This document shows, piece after piece, positions 1-15,972 of a stretch of 64,000 bases of DNA; the first letter of the stretch is position 1; each line of letters opens with the position of its first letter. Both the position numbers and the translations under genes were made by a program. The notes below the pieces were generated by a model, which did not search any database, was not told where the DNA came from, and saw only the letters and a program-made list of their open reading frames with translations. The DNA lies in assembly GCF_009914755.1 (NCBI RefSeq), contig NC_060929.1; one strand, 5' to 3'. This DNA comes from the human T2T-CHM13v2.0 reference genome, Homo sapiens.

Positions 1-1199
1 ATGCATATGACAATAATTTGTTTTATGCAAACACACACAAACATATACACACTCAAATAACATACAACATAAACCACCCTTCAAAATGACAACAACCTGG
101 TTTTCAGTTTGTTTTCAATAATCTTTGAAGAGAAAATATATTGCGATATATCCATGCTTAGTAACTTTTATTTTGAAACCTTTTATTGATAGCTTTTTAG
201 GACATTTTAGAGAACCTGGGGAAGATTTCTTTTCAGTACTTCGGAATCACTCAATAAAAATTAATCAACTGTGATTAAATGATAATGCCATTCTGAGCTT
301 AGTGACTGCAAAATAGATGTGTAATTAATGAGGACAAACTTCTAATAGACATCACAAAGGTAAGCAGCTATAGAAAAAGTCTAGACACCAGGATATTTTA
401 GATTTCCTTCTACCCTCAGTCCTGACACTCAACTTTTTATCCCAATTTCTCTACTCCCCCTTATTTTTTACTCTCTTCTTCCCTTCCCTGTTAGTTTTTT
501 GTCAGTCTCATCCAGCTCAACACCCTTGCTAAATTTTTGAAAAGTCTATTTCAGCTCTTTATTGCCTACATCCCCAACTTAGGATTTCTTCTAATCATGA
601 TTTAGATCTCCATTAATCCCCATTTATCTTGATTTCCAATGGGCAGAGAATTTTACCTTTAAATTATTGAGTGTAAACAAATAAATTATATTACTGAGAG
701 ATGTTTGGTTGGAGATATATCTGGAATTTTTTTTTCTGAATGTATAAAAGAGAAGAATAGTTTAGAATTATAAACAGAGTTAAGAGTAATTTATTCAATT
801 GAAACAATACTGATACATCAACTTTTATTTACTTTCTGCTGTTATATTTCCAGCTATACATGTTACAAATATAACATACAATTCCTCCCCAGAGTGCTAA
901 TAGGGAAATAATATATACATATACAAAGGCAGCTAATAATATTATTGGATTATCCAAATATGTATCAAATTGACTTGTGACTTTAAATGCTATAAAAGTT
1001 TAGAATAGGGTAAGAGACTACTATACATTTTTTTCCTTTTCAATCACAGTTAAATTGGAACATATTTTAGATTATCATAATACCACCTAGAGAGGCATAA
1101 TAAAAATTATTTCAAGCTCTCAGGTTTGATAAATAATTTGTATTTCATCTTCCACAGTTTCTCAGAAACTCTGTCAAATAGTGTTTGAAAATCTTGAAA

Positions 1200-1410
1200 T
1201 GTCCTATAATCCTAGTACTTTGGGAGGCCAAGGCAGGAGGATCGCTGGGCTCAGGAGTTCAAGACTAACCTGGGCAACATAGCAAGATCCTGTGTCTACT
1301 AAAAATTAAAAAATTTAGTCACACATGATGGTGCACACCTGTTGCCTCACTTACTTGGGAGGCTGAAGTTGGAAGATCGCTTGAGCCCATGAGGTCAAGG
1401 CTGCAGTGAG

Positions 1411-1412
<2 letters not shown>
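1200..1412 (+). mobile_element. AluJ-like SINE, truncated at both ends
   Basis: Left arm (cctataatcctagtactttgggaggccaaggcaggaggatcgc...gggcaacatagcaaga), A-rich linker, then right arm ending at gaggtcaaggctgcagtgag; no poly-A tail. Confidence 0.9.
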
Positions 1413-3400
<1,988 letters not shown>

Positions 3401-3404
3401 TATG

Positions 3405-3640
3405 AGTTGTCTAATGAGACACCTGCAAAAGAGTTATAAATTAAAAATTCATGTTCAGGAGATTAATTAACTGCTCCCAGGAGATACTGGTAAAGTCCTG
3501 AGGAAGGGAGGCCAGGGGAGGAGTGGAAGCCGAGCAAGGATGAAAGTTCAGGCAAACACCCACAGAAGCTTCAGCTCGACTACATGAAGGAAGTCTGGCA
3601 TCAAAATTACATTCAGAATTATAATGACACAAGGCATTCT
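3405..3640 (-). mobile_element. ERVL LTR fragment (LTR33/LTR41/LTR16-like)
   Basis: ctcccaggagatactggt...gaggagtggaagccgagcaagga...aattacattcagaatt resembles the reverse strand of old ERVL LTRs and adjoins the ERVL internal remnant. Confidence 0.5.
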
Positions 3641-4478
3641 CTAATGTGCAATGTTCATAAAATTATATGCCTCCTTAAATATAAATATTACTATTTATTT
3701 TATATTACATGCAATTTGATATTTTAAATTGCATGACAATATGAGTCTTTTCATAAATGACACAATCTAATAGTATTCAATAATTATATTTTAAAATATA
3801 TTAAGCATTTTTCACATTGTGCTTATTTTTTCTTTTAAAATAAAATCATTTTTTACAATACCTCTTTGCTTTGAGGATTTCTTTATTGTTCTTTTTAAGG
3901 TGCAACAATTTATTATTAGAAGAGTGATACATTTATAGAAAATGGGTCTATTTAATCCAAGGATCACTAGTTCCCCTTTAAATATCACATTATATGCACA
4001 TGGACAGAGCTAAAGAAAGATGGAATAAACAATGTTAGAGTTAACTTGTAGTTACATTTCATTCAAAATGCATTATTTCTGAATGTATGGATTTCCCTTC
4101 TTTTCACGTCTCTAACACTTCCTTACTTTTATAAGATGTTTTCAAAACAGCCTCAGAAAAATAAGAGACAGTTGTACAAAGATTTTTTTTAAAAAAAAAA
4201 AACCCTCAATTTATGTTATTGTGCATTGAGACTAAACGAAGTGATATTTCAAGGACCAATTACTCGCCTTAATAACAACCAAGTTTTATTTACTGTTAAA
4301 GCAAAACAAAACACAAAAACACTTAGCTCATATACTTCATGGCTACTATGATAAAAGACAATAAGGCATATGGTTCCATCTAAATCTGGAAGTTGTATAC
4401 TTTCCATAGAAACTTATATAAAATAATGCAATAAATTAATAAGGAAAGTAACCTATTAGTAATTTGGAAAATAAGTAA

Positions 4479-4748
<270 letters not shown>

Positions 4749-7498
4749 TCAAAATTTGGAAATTTGTCTGAGCAAGTAGTACTTTAGAATTGTTTTTTTT
4801 CTCATCTAATGGGTTTCTAGTTTATGAAATTCAATTCAACCTTAAATGTCAAATATTTAAATTCTTACTTGTTATATTACATAATGTATGCATCTTGATA
4901 TTGTTTGTACACTAGAGACTATGCAGGCAAACTTCATTAATTTGTAGATGAGGAAATTTAAGCACAAATAATTTAAGTGACAATCATTTGTGATAATTAT
5001 AAACAATGCCTAAGACAAAAGCCAATTGAATGTTAGCCCCGTGATATCTTCTTGCTGCTTCACAGTCACACTAGAGCAGCAGGAAGCTCTGTAGCTTGTA
5101 CCTCTGATTTGTTAAAGTTATAAAATGTTAGAAAATGTGTTGTTGCACAATAAGTAAGACAGATCTCCTAAGAAAATTTACTCTGGCTACTAAAATATGA
5201 ACTATGATCTTGCTTCACGAGAACGCTTCTGACAGAATTCTTGAAAGTATTGCTCTCCTGAAGACAAGTGCTTTAGAAACACATAATTGTCCCCTTCATG
5301 AAAGTCAAAACCTTCCCTTCTATGAACCAACATACGTCTCTCTCTATCTCTTTTTCAAGAGAGTGAGTCACTGTATGAAAACTTAATCTATACAAGATTC
5401 TTACAAACTGGAGTATTTTTAACCTAACTAAAATTCAGTTTTACTTTCATGGTCAGCCTTTCCAGAGAGCAACATGTATATAAAAACTGAACTCACAATT
5501 AGAATGGGCAACTATTATATGGTTAATAGTCTAAAAAGGAAAAGTATTAGAAAAGTTTTTTTTTCTTTTTATTTAGAGGAGACAGCAAAATATTTCTTAC
5601 ATAATCCTTCAGAGACAATGAAAAGTAAACCAAGAACTCTTAAATACTAAAGAGATACAAAAAAAATTAATTCCTCTGGGCAATATATCACATGTAGTAG
5701 ATTGTAACACAAAAATCAATGAGACATAAATGAATGTAAATTCCCCATGAGATTTAGAATATTACGTCAAAATGCATGTATAGATCATCATCCACATGTT
5801 ACAGAAGCACCAGCACCCTAATTTGTCTTTCAAAATATCATAACAAAATTATAAGTCAACATGTACTACATTTTAGATGCTTAAATATTTCAAGACAAAA
5901 TTAACATTTAATACATATAACAAATGTTAGCAATTTTTAACCAGGTAGACAATGATAAGGTCATATATCAAATTTAATGTAATGGAAAGTCCATTTTATA
6001 AAGAATGAAATTTGCAAGTGTACAGAAAAATTATTCTCTTTTTGACCATTTTAGTTGATAAAAAGGCACTAGAATATAATTTTCTAGGAATACAGTAGAA
6101 AGTAAGATGAGGTTTCATTATCTAAAAACCATAGAGGCTATGACAAGCAGTTTAACAAAATCAATAATTGAGATTTTTGTTGAAATACATTAGAGACTTA
6201 GAAAAAGGAAAATGTAAGATATATATGTATAATCATAATGTATTCACTTTCTTCACTTAGAAATTCAATATTTTGCAAAGAATAATATATGCTCTCAACT
6301 TCAATTACATTTATTTTGTAATGTCTCAGTACAATATTATATATCTTAAATGTACTATGGCTTTCAAAATATAGCAAAAGGGATATAAGTTTAATGAGTT
6401 AGGAAAATGAGCTATAAAAAAGTGATGACTAAATAGAAGAATTTACAAGGATTGTAACTATGAGTGAGAAGGCTTACACAATAAGATCCATCAATTACTT
6501 CTTCCAGGAAAACTAAGCTTTAATTATGGAATGGCAGAATACATCTTCATTTAAACTTATTTCTCACATCAGTGTTTGGTTGGGAGAATGTTTCTGCATG
6601 GATTTTTGTGGCTTCTTTATTCCTAAACTAGAAACTAGTGTAAGCGCGTGTGTTTTTGTGTGTGTGTGTTTTAATCAAGATTATTTGAAGAAAAGAATAG
6701 TATTACATCTAAGGAGAAAACTATGTCAAGGAGAGGAAAATTATTAACAAAAACATTGGACACAGAAGAAAAAACAAAAGAGGAAAGCCATGTGTCAAAA
6801 TTTCACAAGAGCCTATTACAAAATATAAAGAGACTCAGAGTTTCAAGATTATATGATAATTTTCAAAACTCCATTAAAGACATAGGAAAATCTATTTTCT
6901 ACAGATGGAGTCAACTTACTCTTTAAATGAAGTAAACATGGAATAGCAATTTCTGAAGGCAGGTCATAGCAACTTGAGAATGAAATTATGTGAACTATTA
7001 CAAATAATTAATTACATACATTTTATTTCTTTTTGTTAAATTGTATGAGATTTACAGGTTATATGAAACAACTAGCTCTATCAAATTGATATAAACAAAA
7101 GTTATTCATGTAAAAACAGTTCAATGATTTTAGCTTTTAATGTTTAATAATTTTTAACTTTGTAAAGGAAACATTTACATTAGAATTTTAAATAGGATTC
7201 AAATTATGTGACCACTAGTAATTGCTTTATTTCTCAGATGATCTAAAATTAATTGAGGGGGGTAAGCCCATACAATGTATATGGATATGAGGTAAAACAT
7301 TTTGTATTAGTTACCAATCTAAAAAACATTGCCAAATGCTAACAAACTTTTGCAGTTTAGAATCCACAAATATAAAATCTGAATAATAATTCTAAATACT
7401 TGGGTAACATTGGGAACTCTTTATTATTCAAATAAAATAAAAACTCTTTAGAGTGAATATTGAATGAGTTCATTTTTGTAAAATTGGAGTATTCCCAA

Positions 7499-7856
7499 TG
7501 TATTAGTTTTCACATTGCTATAAAGAACTACCTGAGACTGGATAATTTATGAAGAAAAGAGGTTTAATTGACTCACAGTTCTGCAGGATTAGCAGGAAGC
7601 ATGACTGGAAGACTTCAGGAAACTGACAAGGCAGAAGGTGAAGGGGAAGCAAGGCCCCTTCTTCACATGGTGGCAGGAGAGAGACAGAGAGCAAGTGGGG
7701 AAGTGCCACAAACTTTTAAACCATCAGATCTCCTGAGAACTCTATCACAAGAACAGCAAGGGGGAAGTTTACCCTCATGATTCAGTCACCTCCCATCACG
7801 ACCCTCCTCTAATTTTACATGAGATTTGGGTGGGTACTGAAATCTAAACCATATCA
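7499..7856 (-). mobile_element. Solo MaLR LTR (MSTA/THE1D-like)
   Basis: tgtattagt...aaaccatatca termini; perfect 5-bp TSD CCCAA (7494-7498 / 7857-7861). Confidence 0.92.
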
Positions 7857-8555
7857 CCCAACATGCAGTAAGTGTTTTGATAATTCTTTTGCTACTGTTA
7901 TAATACTGGGATATGAGAAAAGACATATACATCATGAATTCCTTGACTTGTGTACAGTGTCCCTAGTTTAATAATCCTGGGAACTGGTAAGTAAAGCAAA
8001 TTCAACTGGTCTCTTTGCTCAAGCTTCCTTCAGATATCCATATTTAATTGTTAATATCCACTGTAAATCTTTGAATGGTATATGTTATACATGTGCAATG
8101 CTTATTTCAATCTAGCTATACTTTCTTTAAACATCCAAAAGCCTTTTGATATAGGCACAACTTACCTTCCACATTGCACACAGAGTAAATTCTTAACTAT
8201 CCAAATGCTGGTTATTAGTCTCAGCAATGGCTTTAAAAGCTTTGAAACAAATGATTAGTTAAGAACTCTATGTTCATTATTTTAGCAAAGGTAAAAATAA
8301 TCTAAGTCATAGCCCTGATGTAATCTCTGTTATTCTTAACCAGTGTAAAGTAGTAGTTATATATACTTTGTTATTTTAATTTGAAAGACAATGATTTATG
8401 ATAGCCTGTTCAGTTTGTGGGATCTCAGTTTACTTCAAATCTAAACCAAGATTGAACCAAATAGCAAATGGATTTTCATAAATAATGAGAGATTTAAAAG
8501 GTGTGATCTAGCAATGGATACAGAAAATAGAGTAATCTAGATGTTGTTCCTGTTC

Positions 8556-8855
8556 TTTTTTTATTTTTTATTTTGTTAAAGACAGCGTCTTGCTCTGTCC
8601 CCCAGGCTGGAGTGCAATGTTGTTATCATAGCTCACTGCAACCTGGAACCCCTAGTCTCAAGAGATCCTCCAGCCTCAGCCTCCCTGGTAAGTAAAACTA
8701 CAAGCAAGTGCCACCATACCTAATTTTTCTATTTTTTTGTAAAGATGGAGTCTTGCTATGTTGTCTAGGCTAGCCTGTAAATCCTGGCCTTAAGGGATCC
8801 TCCTGCCTAGGCCTCCCAAAGTGCTGAGATTACAGGCATGCCACCATGCCAGGCC
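8556..8855 (-). mobile_element. AluJ SINE
   Basis: T-rich tail, gacagcgtcttgctctgtcccccaggctgg...tcatagctcactgca...ccatgccaggcc, with J-type diagnostics. Confidence 0.93.
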
Positions 8856-9101
8856 TGTTCTTGTCCTTAAGTAGGTCCACTGTAAGTGATTCTGGGCAGA
8901 CATTTATCTCACTATAGCTGTCAGCTTTAGAAAAAGTCACTTAGGTAACTTTGGGCTGTGAAAAATTATATAATCAGTTCAGGAACCCCTTTGGTTTTCT
9001 ATCTTGATTTATTTGTCCATAGCACTTGGATTAGAATTGGGTACTTAAATCAATTCAAGAAAAATATTAAGAAAGCCATTATCTCATTATACAACAAATT
9101 A

Positions 9102-9281
9102 AGCCAGGATTGTTGGCATGTGCCTACAGTCCCAGCTACTCAGGATGCTGAAGTGGGAAGACTGTTTGAGCCCAGGAGTTCAAGGCTGTCGTGCTCATGA
9201 TCATGCCTGTGAATAGTCATTGCACTCTAGCCTGGGCAGCATAGTGAGACTCTGCCTCTAAAAATATAATAATAATAATAA
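9102..9281 (+). mobile_element. FAM (fossil Alu monomer)
   Basis: Single monomer retaining the 7SL-like gcctgtgaatagtcattgcactctagcctgggcagcatagtgagac segment that dimeric Alus lack; (AAT)n tail. Confidence 0.8.
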
Positions 9282-12200
9282 CATAAATTACTTCTATAAA
9301 AATATATGATAAAATGTGAATATTGAATTATGTTTTATATCAGGGATGTGTAGGGTTCATTTGCTGTATCTTCTTCACTTTCAAAACCAATCTCCTATCT
9401 TTATAATACAATAATATATCTTTATGTTAAATACAATTGGATATTTTTCTAATAAAGGATTAAGCAAATTAACAGTAGGAACTTTAAAAAAAAGTTAATT
9501 CTATGTGTGACTCATTTTCATCAATACCTGTCTGTAATTCAAAATTATTTTAAAAACAACACAATATTGTGTTGATTATATTAATAATTGAGCATTCAAT
9601 TGAGATGTTCCATATTACTTGTTCCTAAATTGCCAAAATCTAATCAGGAAAATGCAAACAATTTGCTTTGTGTTCTGTTTGTAGATGTTCGTTGTTTACT
9701 GGAAATATTTGGAATGTGGGACAATTCTTATTCTACCTTCCTTGATATTTCTTCCCCACTCATTTCTTGTGATTCTATTTTCAATAATAATCTTTCTAAC
9801 ATATATAAGTCTATAACAGTAAGTTTTAGAGAAATGTAGTAACTATATTGCATCATATGAAGAGAGTCTGTATTCTTTTTATTATTTATTTAGGAACCTC
9901 TAGCCCAGAGTGTAATCGATATTAAATTTTTTGGTGAGTGTATAAGTGAGAGCATTAATCAATGAAACATATAATTTTTTATCTAATGGAATCACCTAGT
10001 GCTTTTTTGTTATTCATTTACATTTCTAGTTAAAGCCAGTTTATGTGTACATCTTTATACTAAATACCATCAATTTTTTTTCTGTCATTACACAATCAGC
10101 ATATAAATTGTATGAGGATTAAAAAGTATTTGATTGACTAAAAATGCAATCATATTTAATTGTGACTTCCCTCAAAAGGAGTATGGGTACCTCACAAAAC
10201 TATGTATCAACCCATAATATTCTGTTAGTAAAACCACTTATTTTAAAAAAGAAGTGCTTTGTCGTCAAAAACACTGAAGGCTTTCAACGACAATGAAAAA
10301 CCATAGATTGTTTACACTTTTTGTCTTAAAGAACAAAGTATGAGAAGCCTTTTACATTTTGTTTCTTTTAATACTTGTTTTGAATGAGCAGATGAAGTAA
10401 TCAAAATTATAGAGCAGCTCTACCCTGCTACGCTGCTAAGCTGCTATGCTAGCTCTACGCTAGCCCCTATTACTCCAAGTAACAGCTAGACAGACAATGT
10501 AATAAATTCTGTTGTCTTACTGTCCTTATACAGACCTGACCTGAGAAAATATCACTCTAGTTTCACACACATGTTTCATCTTTTTCTAAGTTTGAGAATT
10601 GCTCTCACTTTGATAAGATTCAGGGCCATGAATTGGGACTATCGTTGGAACCCCCACAGTGTCAAGTGATCTTTTTATTTCTCCCTTGCAAGAGTTCTAT
10701 ATGCCCAAAGTTTTCACTTTAAAACTTCACTAACTTATCTCCAAAGAATAAAATCTTGCTTTTCACTTGATATAAATGGCTCTACCACTCAGATCACATA
10801 TAAAAGGAATAAAAAGTTTTGTGCTATCTGTTTGTCTCTATTGTGATACCATATTGGTTTGCATGGAGGTCATGAAACTCTCTGTGACCAGAAGAATTCT
10901 CAGGTTGAGTGTGGAAGTGTGGGCAAAGAGAGGTTTTGCCCTCAAATCCACAACTTTGGCGTCTAGTCCACCTGTGTTCTCCAGGTCAGCTTCACCACTG
11001 AGATCTGTACTTTGCAAGGCACAGGACTTCTCTTAATATAACTGAATCCTTGATTCCCATTTCATATGCTACTTCTGTTATCTGTGGTTGGAACTTTTAG
11101 GAAGAGAAAGGTATGATTATTAGACACCCTATCTATAAGTGACCATGTCCCTTTTATTAAATGCAATAAGGGCCCAAAGTTAACATCATCTTGTTAAATT
11201 AACAAAAACATTCCAATAAATAAAGATTGTGAATCCCTTTTATTGCTGTCAAATGTATAAATATTTATTACTTTAAATGGAATATAAATGACACTAGACA
11301 TTGACTATCATTCAGAAAGGTTTCCTTGTGTTTTTGTTTGTTATTTTTACCTTTCCTTTAAGGTTTTCTAGCTCACAGTTGGGAGGGGGAAACATATTAC
11401 TTGTGAGACTGCTTGAGGCACATTAAAGCATTAAGCAGCCATTGGGCAATCGAGTCTTAGAAAGCTCCCTTGTGAACAAATGTGTATAAAAAGGGGACAA
11501 AGAATTCTGAATGATTTCATGCTGAAAAACATACAGAGTATAAGAAAATAACTTATAAATCTGGGGTTTTCTACGACTTATGACTTTTTCTCAGAAAAGA
11601 GATAACTCATCTGGAATTATTTCTGATTTAATTACTTGGACAAAAACAAGGTACATTTTGTTTCCCATTTTAAGGGTTCATTAGGGTCCTACCTTGCAAA
11701 CCCCATGCAGACAGACAGCACCCTCTTCTGTCACTTAATTTTAGAGCCAGTATACATTTTTCTCTGATACCAATTTAACAGGATTTTGAAAAGTTCTTGG
11801 TTATGAGGCATCATGACTAAAAGTACTTAACTGACAAAATGGCCCTGAATGAAAACCATGGAGTCCTCAGGAGAGTAGGGCTGTTTTGGGAAGGTGTTTT
11901 TATCATCTTAGAGATTCCGTTTGATGTTCAAAATGGCTTGTAAATACCACCATGGGGTAAGTGACTGTAAGTTTCTGCGTATAAAAAAGCCCATTCGTGA
12001 CAACTACTGCTTCTACATTAAATATATCACTGGCTGTCGTATGAACTGTGTCCTCACTGCAGCAAATACAGTAGATTCTGCTTCTAGTGTCAGGAAATTA
12101 GAACTCTGAGCATTGATGGTCATGCATTTTTATCTTGGATCTATCCATAATACACTGGAAACTGATTTTCTCATAACATTGAATCTACTTATGTAGGATC

Positions 12201-12380
12201 CATCAGTGACTTTTTTTCTCATTTGAGAATTTGCACTTTTGAAATAATATCTGGTTATAAGTACTATGATGTGAATTTATCCAGGGAAATTCTAAAACTA
12301 GATTTAGAGTATTTGCACATTGGATCCCCTGTTTTTTTTCTGATTTAATAAGAATTCTACTTTAGAATACATGAAAATAT

Positions 12381-12735
12381 GTGTGTGTGTATATATGTAT
12401 ATATGTAAATATGTATATATCTCCGTGTGTATATATATGCATGTGTAAACATGTGTATGAGTATACACATGTATATACTTATAAGCATACGCATATATAC
12501 TTATACATATTTACACATGCATATATATTTACATGTTTCTATATGTGTAAATATGTATATAAGTATACATATATACTTACATATACATACACACATATAC
12601 TTATATACATATTTACATATATATGTTTACATATTTGTGTATATATGTAAATACGTATATAATTATACATACATATTATATGTACATACACATATACACA
12701 CACACATATATTTACACACATATATATACACACGC
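12381..12735. repeat. Compound (TA/TG/CA)n microsatellite
   Basis: About 350 bp of alternating purine-pyrimidine sequence, seen directly. Confidence 0.95.
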
Positions 12736-13099
12736 AGATTCTCCCAATAAACTACTAAGGATATTTTGTATTTATCTGTGTATTCATTTATCTGGCATTT
12801 CCCTAAAATGGGCTTACTAGATGATAATAAAATGACACAGAATTTCAAGTATACATTTTAAAATATATGCACAATACAGCATAATAGAGTTAATTCTTCT
12901 TGAATTGAAAGTTTCAATGATTGCTTCTCAGACTACAAATATTTCTTATATTTCTTACTTTTCATACTTCTGCATTCTCTTGCTTCTCTTCTCATTCATT
13001 TACTTTTTTATTTGAATCATTCTTTTTTTTACAATACTCTTTTCCTGACCCAAAATATATTATAGAAAATATGTAGGACTGAACTCAGGTCTACTGTTT

Positions 13100-13720
13100 G
13101 TACCCTGTTATTCAAAAATCTCATTTACTCCCATGGCTTTGTCCTATCACTTTACATTTTTCTATCTACATGTGGCCTTTCTCCTGAGTTCCATTAGTTC
13201 AGACTGCTTGCATGTAGGATGTCTTCATGTTGGATACCCTTCAATCAACTTGAATCCATCTTTGCTCCAAAAGCCATGATTTCTCTGGACTTTTCAATTT
13301 TAATTTTTTTTTTTTTTGAGACAGGGTCTCACTCTATCACCCAGGCTGGAGTGCAGTGGCATGATCATGGCTTACTGCAGCCTTGACCTCCCACACTCTA
13401 GCGATCTTCCCACCTTAGCCTCCTAAGTAGCTGGGACTACAGGCATGCACCACCACTCAATTTTCATTTTTGAAAGGGTAATTTTCCCATATCCCAAGTT
13501 TAAATTTTTATGGCTACCTTTGTCTCCCTCCTAGCTCTCATTTTTCTACCTACTCACATTTCTACTTACTAAGTTCTTTTTATTCCCTCTGAAACTAGTT
13601 CAATGCAGGCCCTTAGACTTGGCACCAGGAATTTCTATTATTCTTCTAAAGCCCTCTCTGCCTCTTTCTTTATTTCTGCAAAGAAATTTCAAAAACACAT
13701 TACTGGAACTTTACTCTACA
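13100..13720 (+). mobile_element. L2 LINE fragment, interrupted by an Alu monomer
   Basis: ctcccatggcttt...ctctcctgagttcc...gactgcttgcatgtaggatgtcttcatgttggat resembles the L2 3' region. Confidence 0.55.
13303..13456 (-). mobile_element. Alu right-arm monomer (FRAM or truncated AluJ)
   Basis: Poly-T, gagacagggtctcactctatcacccaggctgg...gcatgcaccaccac; flanking tcaatttt(a/c)atttt repeats. Confidence 0.9.
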
Positions 13721-14539
13721 CGTTTCGTTTCCTAAGTTCTCACTACCAAAGCTTTCAAGAACAACTTCCTTCTTGAAGGTCCCGCATCCTGCTGTGCTTA
13801 GAACAGATTAGTTCAATACTTACACTGTTATACTTCTGCCAGGCTTCCAGGTCCCTCAGGCACCTGTGTGACTGAATCCCTGGCTCATCTGAAAGTTGAC
13901 CAGAGTACTTTATAATAGGTTAAATGCCCATGTTAGCATGTTTTTTCCTCTTATGGAGTCATGCTTAATTTTGGAAATTTGTTGGTCACTAAAAAAAAAA
14001 ATAGTAATATTTATTGTATTTTAGTCTATCATTAAATGTTGTTTGTTTTATTAGGACTTTTCTGATACCTAACACATATTCCCATAGTACATTTCCTAAT
14101 ACTTCTCATTCTCATTCAAATTATCTGTTTAGCCCTGGTCTGGACTTTCTGTAGAGGTCAGCGGGATCCATGTGACCTTTGCAATATATGTGATTAGGTA
14201 ATTGATTTTTTTTAAACAAATACTCGTGCTTAGTACAATGCTCTGTATTAGGAATAGAAAAATTCATAAATACAGAATTGGTGCTTTCTCCATATTTTCA
14301 AACTCTTTTTTGGCATTATATATTTCTTATCCTACCATAAGATATTCTTATTCTCTTCTCTATTTATTTTACAATAAAATTTCTTCTCATTTTATTCTTT
14401 CTTTAACTACTGATTTATAAATTAGATTTTCTCTAATTTAATGCATTTGTTTACTCATACATCAGTGACCGCTGAGTACAGTATCACAGTATCATATTCT
14501 AACATTAAGCTTGATTGATATCACTATCTCAGATTGTTT

Positions 14540-14700
14540 TTACAAGCATTACTCATTTTACCTTGAATACAATCTTGGAGGTAAATGACATAATACTATT
14601 ATAACCATTTTACATATGGATAAAATGAATAGCACAGTTTCAAAGCAAACTGATGATTTGACACACATGGCTGGTATTCTTATCACTCACATTCTGATTT
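14540..14700 (-). mobile_element. MIR fragment
   Basis: ctcatttt...acaatcttggaggtaaat...ccattttacatatggataaaatga, a degenerate MIR core. Confidence 0.45.
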
Positions 14701-15279
14701 CTTCTGTGTGTATATGTGTGTAATGACTTGCTCATTGGTATAAAATGTTAACTCTTATTATGATGATTTTTCCTGTAGTTTGATCAAACAAACTCTTTTT
14801 GTCCCCCAGAGAATAAAAACAAGTCAATAACCACACAAAGATTTTCGTTCTCAAGGGCAGCATATTTCATTTGCATGATTCAGAAAATGTTTAGTCTTGG
14901 CAGGATTTTCTTAACAACTTGAACATGAGATATGTGAATAAAATTTTCTGATATTGTTTTAAAAGTACACATTTTAAAATTGGTGCTGAGTTGAGATGAA
15001 AATTGAATGCATTGTGAATTACCCAAAAATAATAATAACTTTGGTTAAAGATACAATGTCTAACACTTTGCCTAATTGAAATTTAATTCATCTTTAAATC
15101 AATCACTAATTAGCCTTTATGTTGCCTAGAAAATAAAAAGTGTTTAAAAAAATATTTTCTTCCTGCTAAGGTGTAGTATTTCTTAAAGAATGTGTGGTAT
15201 TTCTCAAAACACTCAACTCACTGAATTTTATTTGTACTCTACATAGAAAAACAAAATTGAACACTAGTCTGTATAGAAA

Positions 15280-15600
15280 GGTGTTGCAGACACCCATTCC
15301 TGATGTGGATATACAACATCAACTGTTTTTCTTCCACCTCTGAGTGATCATTTTATCCAGTTCTAGACAATAAGATAGATGTGGAAATCTGCTGTGTTTT
15401 CTCCAATTTTTCATCTTTTTCTGCCTCGTATATAGACATGTTTAAAGCCATTGGAGCTATGAATTAACAAGCATGTGGGAAAAAACAAATAAATTGCTCT
15501 GCATCCATCCTGCTACCACCTCTCACCATGTATTTACATAAAATAAGTTCTTATTTAAGTTGCTATTAACTGCTTTTTAAAAAATGTATGCAACAATAAG
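15280..15600 (+). mobile_element. Old MaLR LTR (MLT1K/L-like)
   Basis: cagttctagacaataagatagatgtggaaatctgctg...ttggagctatga...aaataagttcttatttaagttgctatt motifs. Confidence 0.5.
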
Positions 15601-15829
15601 CATTTATAGCAGATATTGAAGGGTACCACTATATACAGAAAAAATGTTGTTGTACATCAAAAATATGGATTCAACAAGGAATATTATTATAATGAATAAT
15701 CTAAAAATAAGATTGATGCCTAATTTTAGATATATACTTACATTTTGTATCAAATGAAATTGCAATGTAAAGTAAGATGTACGTTTTCAGTGGCATGAGT
15801 TTGAAGTATTTTTGTTTAACTTTTGAATA

Positions 15830-15972
15830 TTTTTTCTTTTTTTTAATTATACTTCAAGTTTTAGGGTACATGTGCACAACGTGCAGGTTTGTTACATATA
15901 TATACATGTGCCATGTTGGTGTGCTGCACCCATTAGCTCGTCATTTAACATTAGGTATATCTCCTAATGCTA
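15830..15972 (-). mobile_element. L1PA (PA3-5-like) 3'-terminal fragment, ~140 bp
   Basis: ttattatacttcaagttttagggtacatgtgcacaacgtgcaggtttgttacat...ttaggtatatctcctaatgcta. Confidence 0.92.

Noticed and set aside
12381-12848. Overlapping Y/I/H/T/C-rich ORFs
   Set aside because: Translation artefact of the dinucleotide microsatellite.
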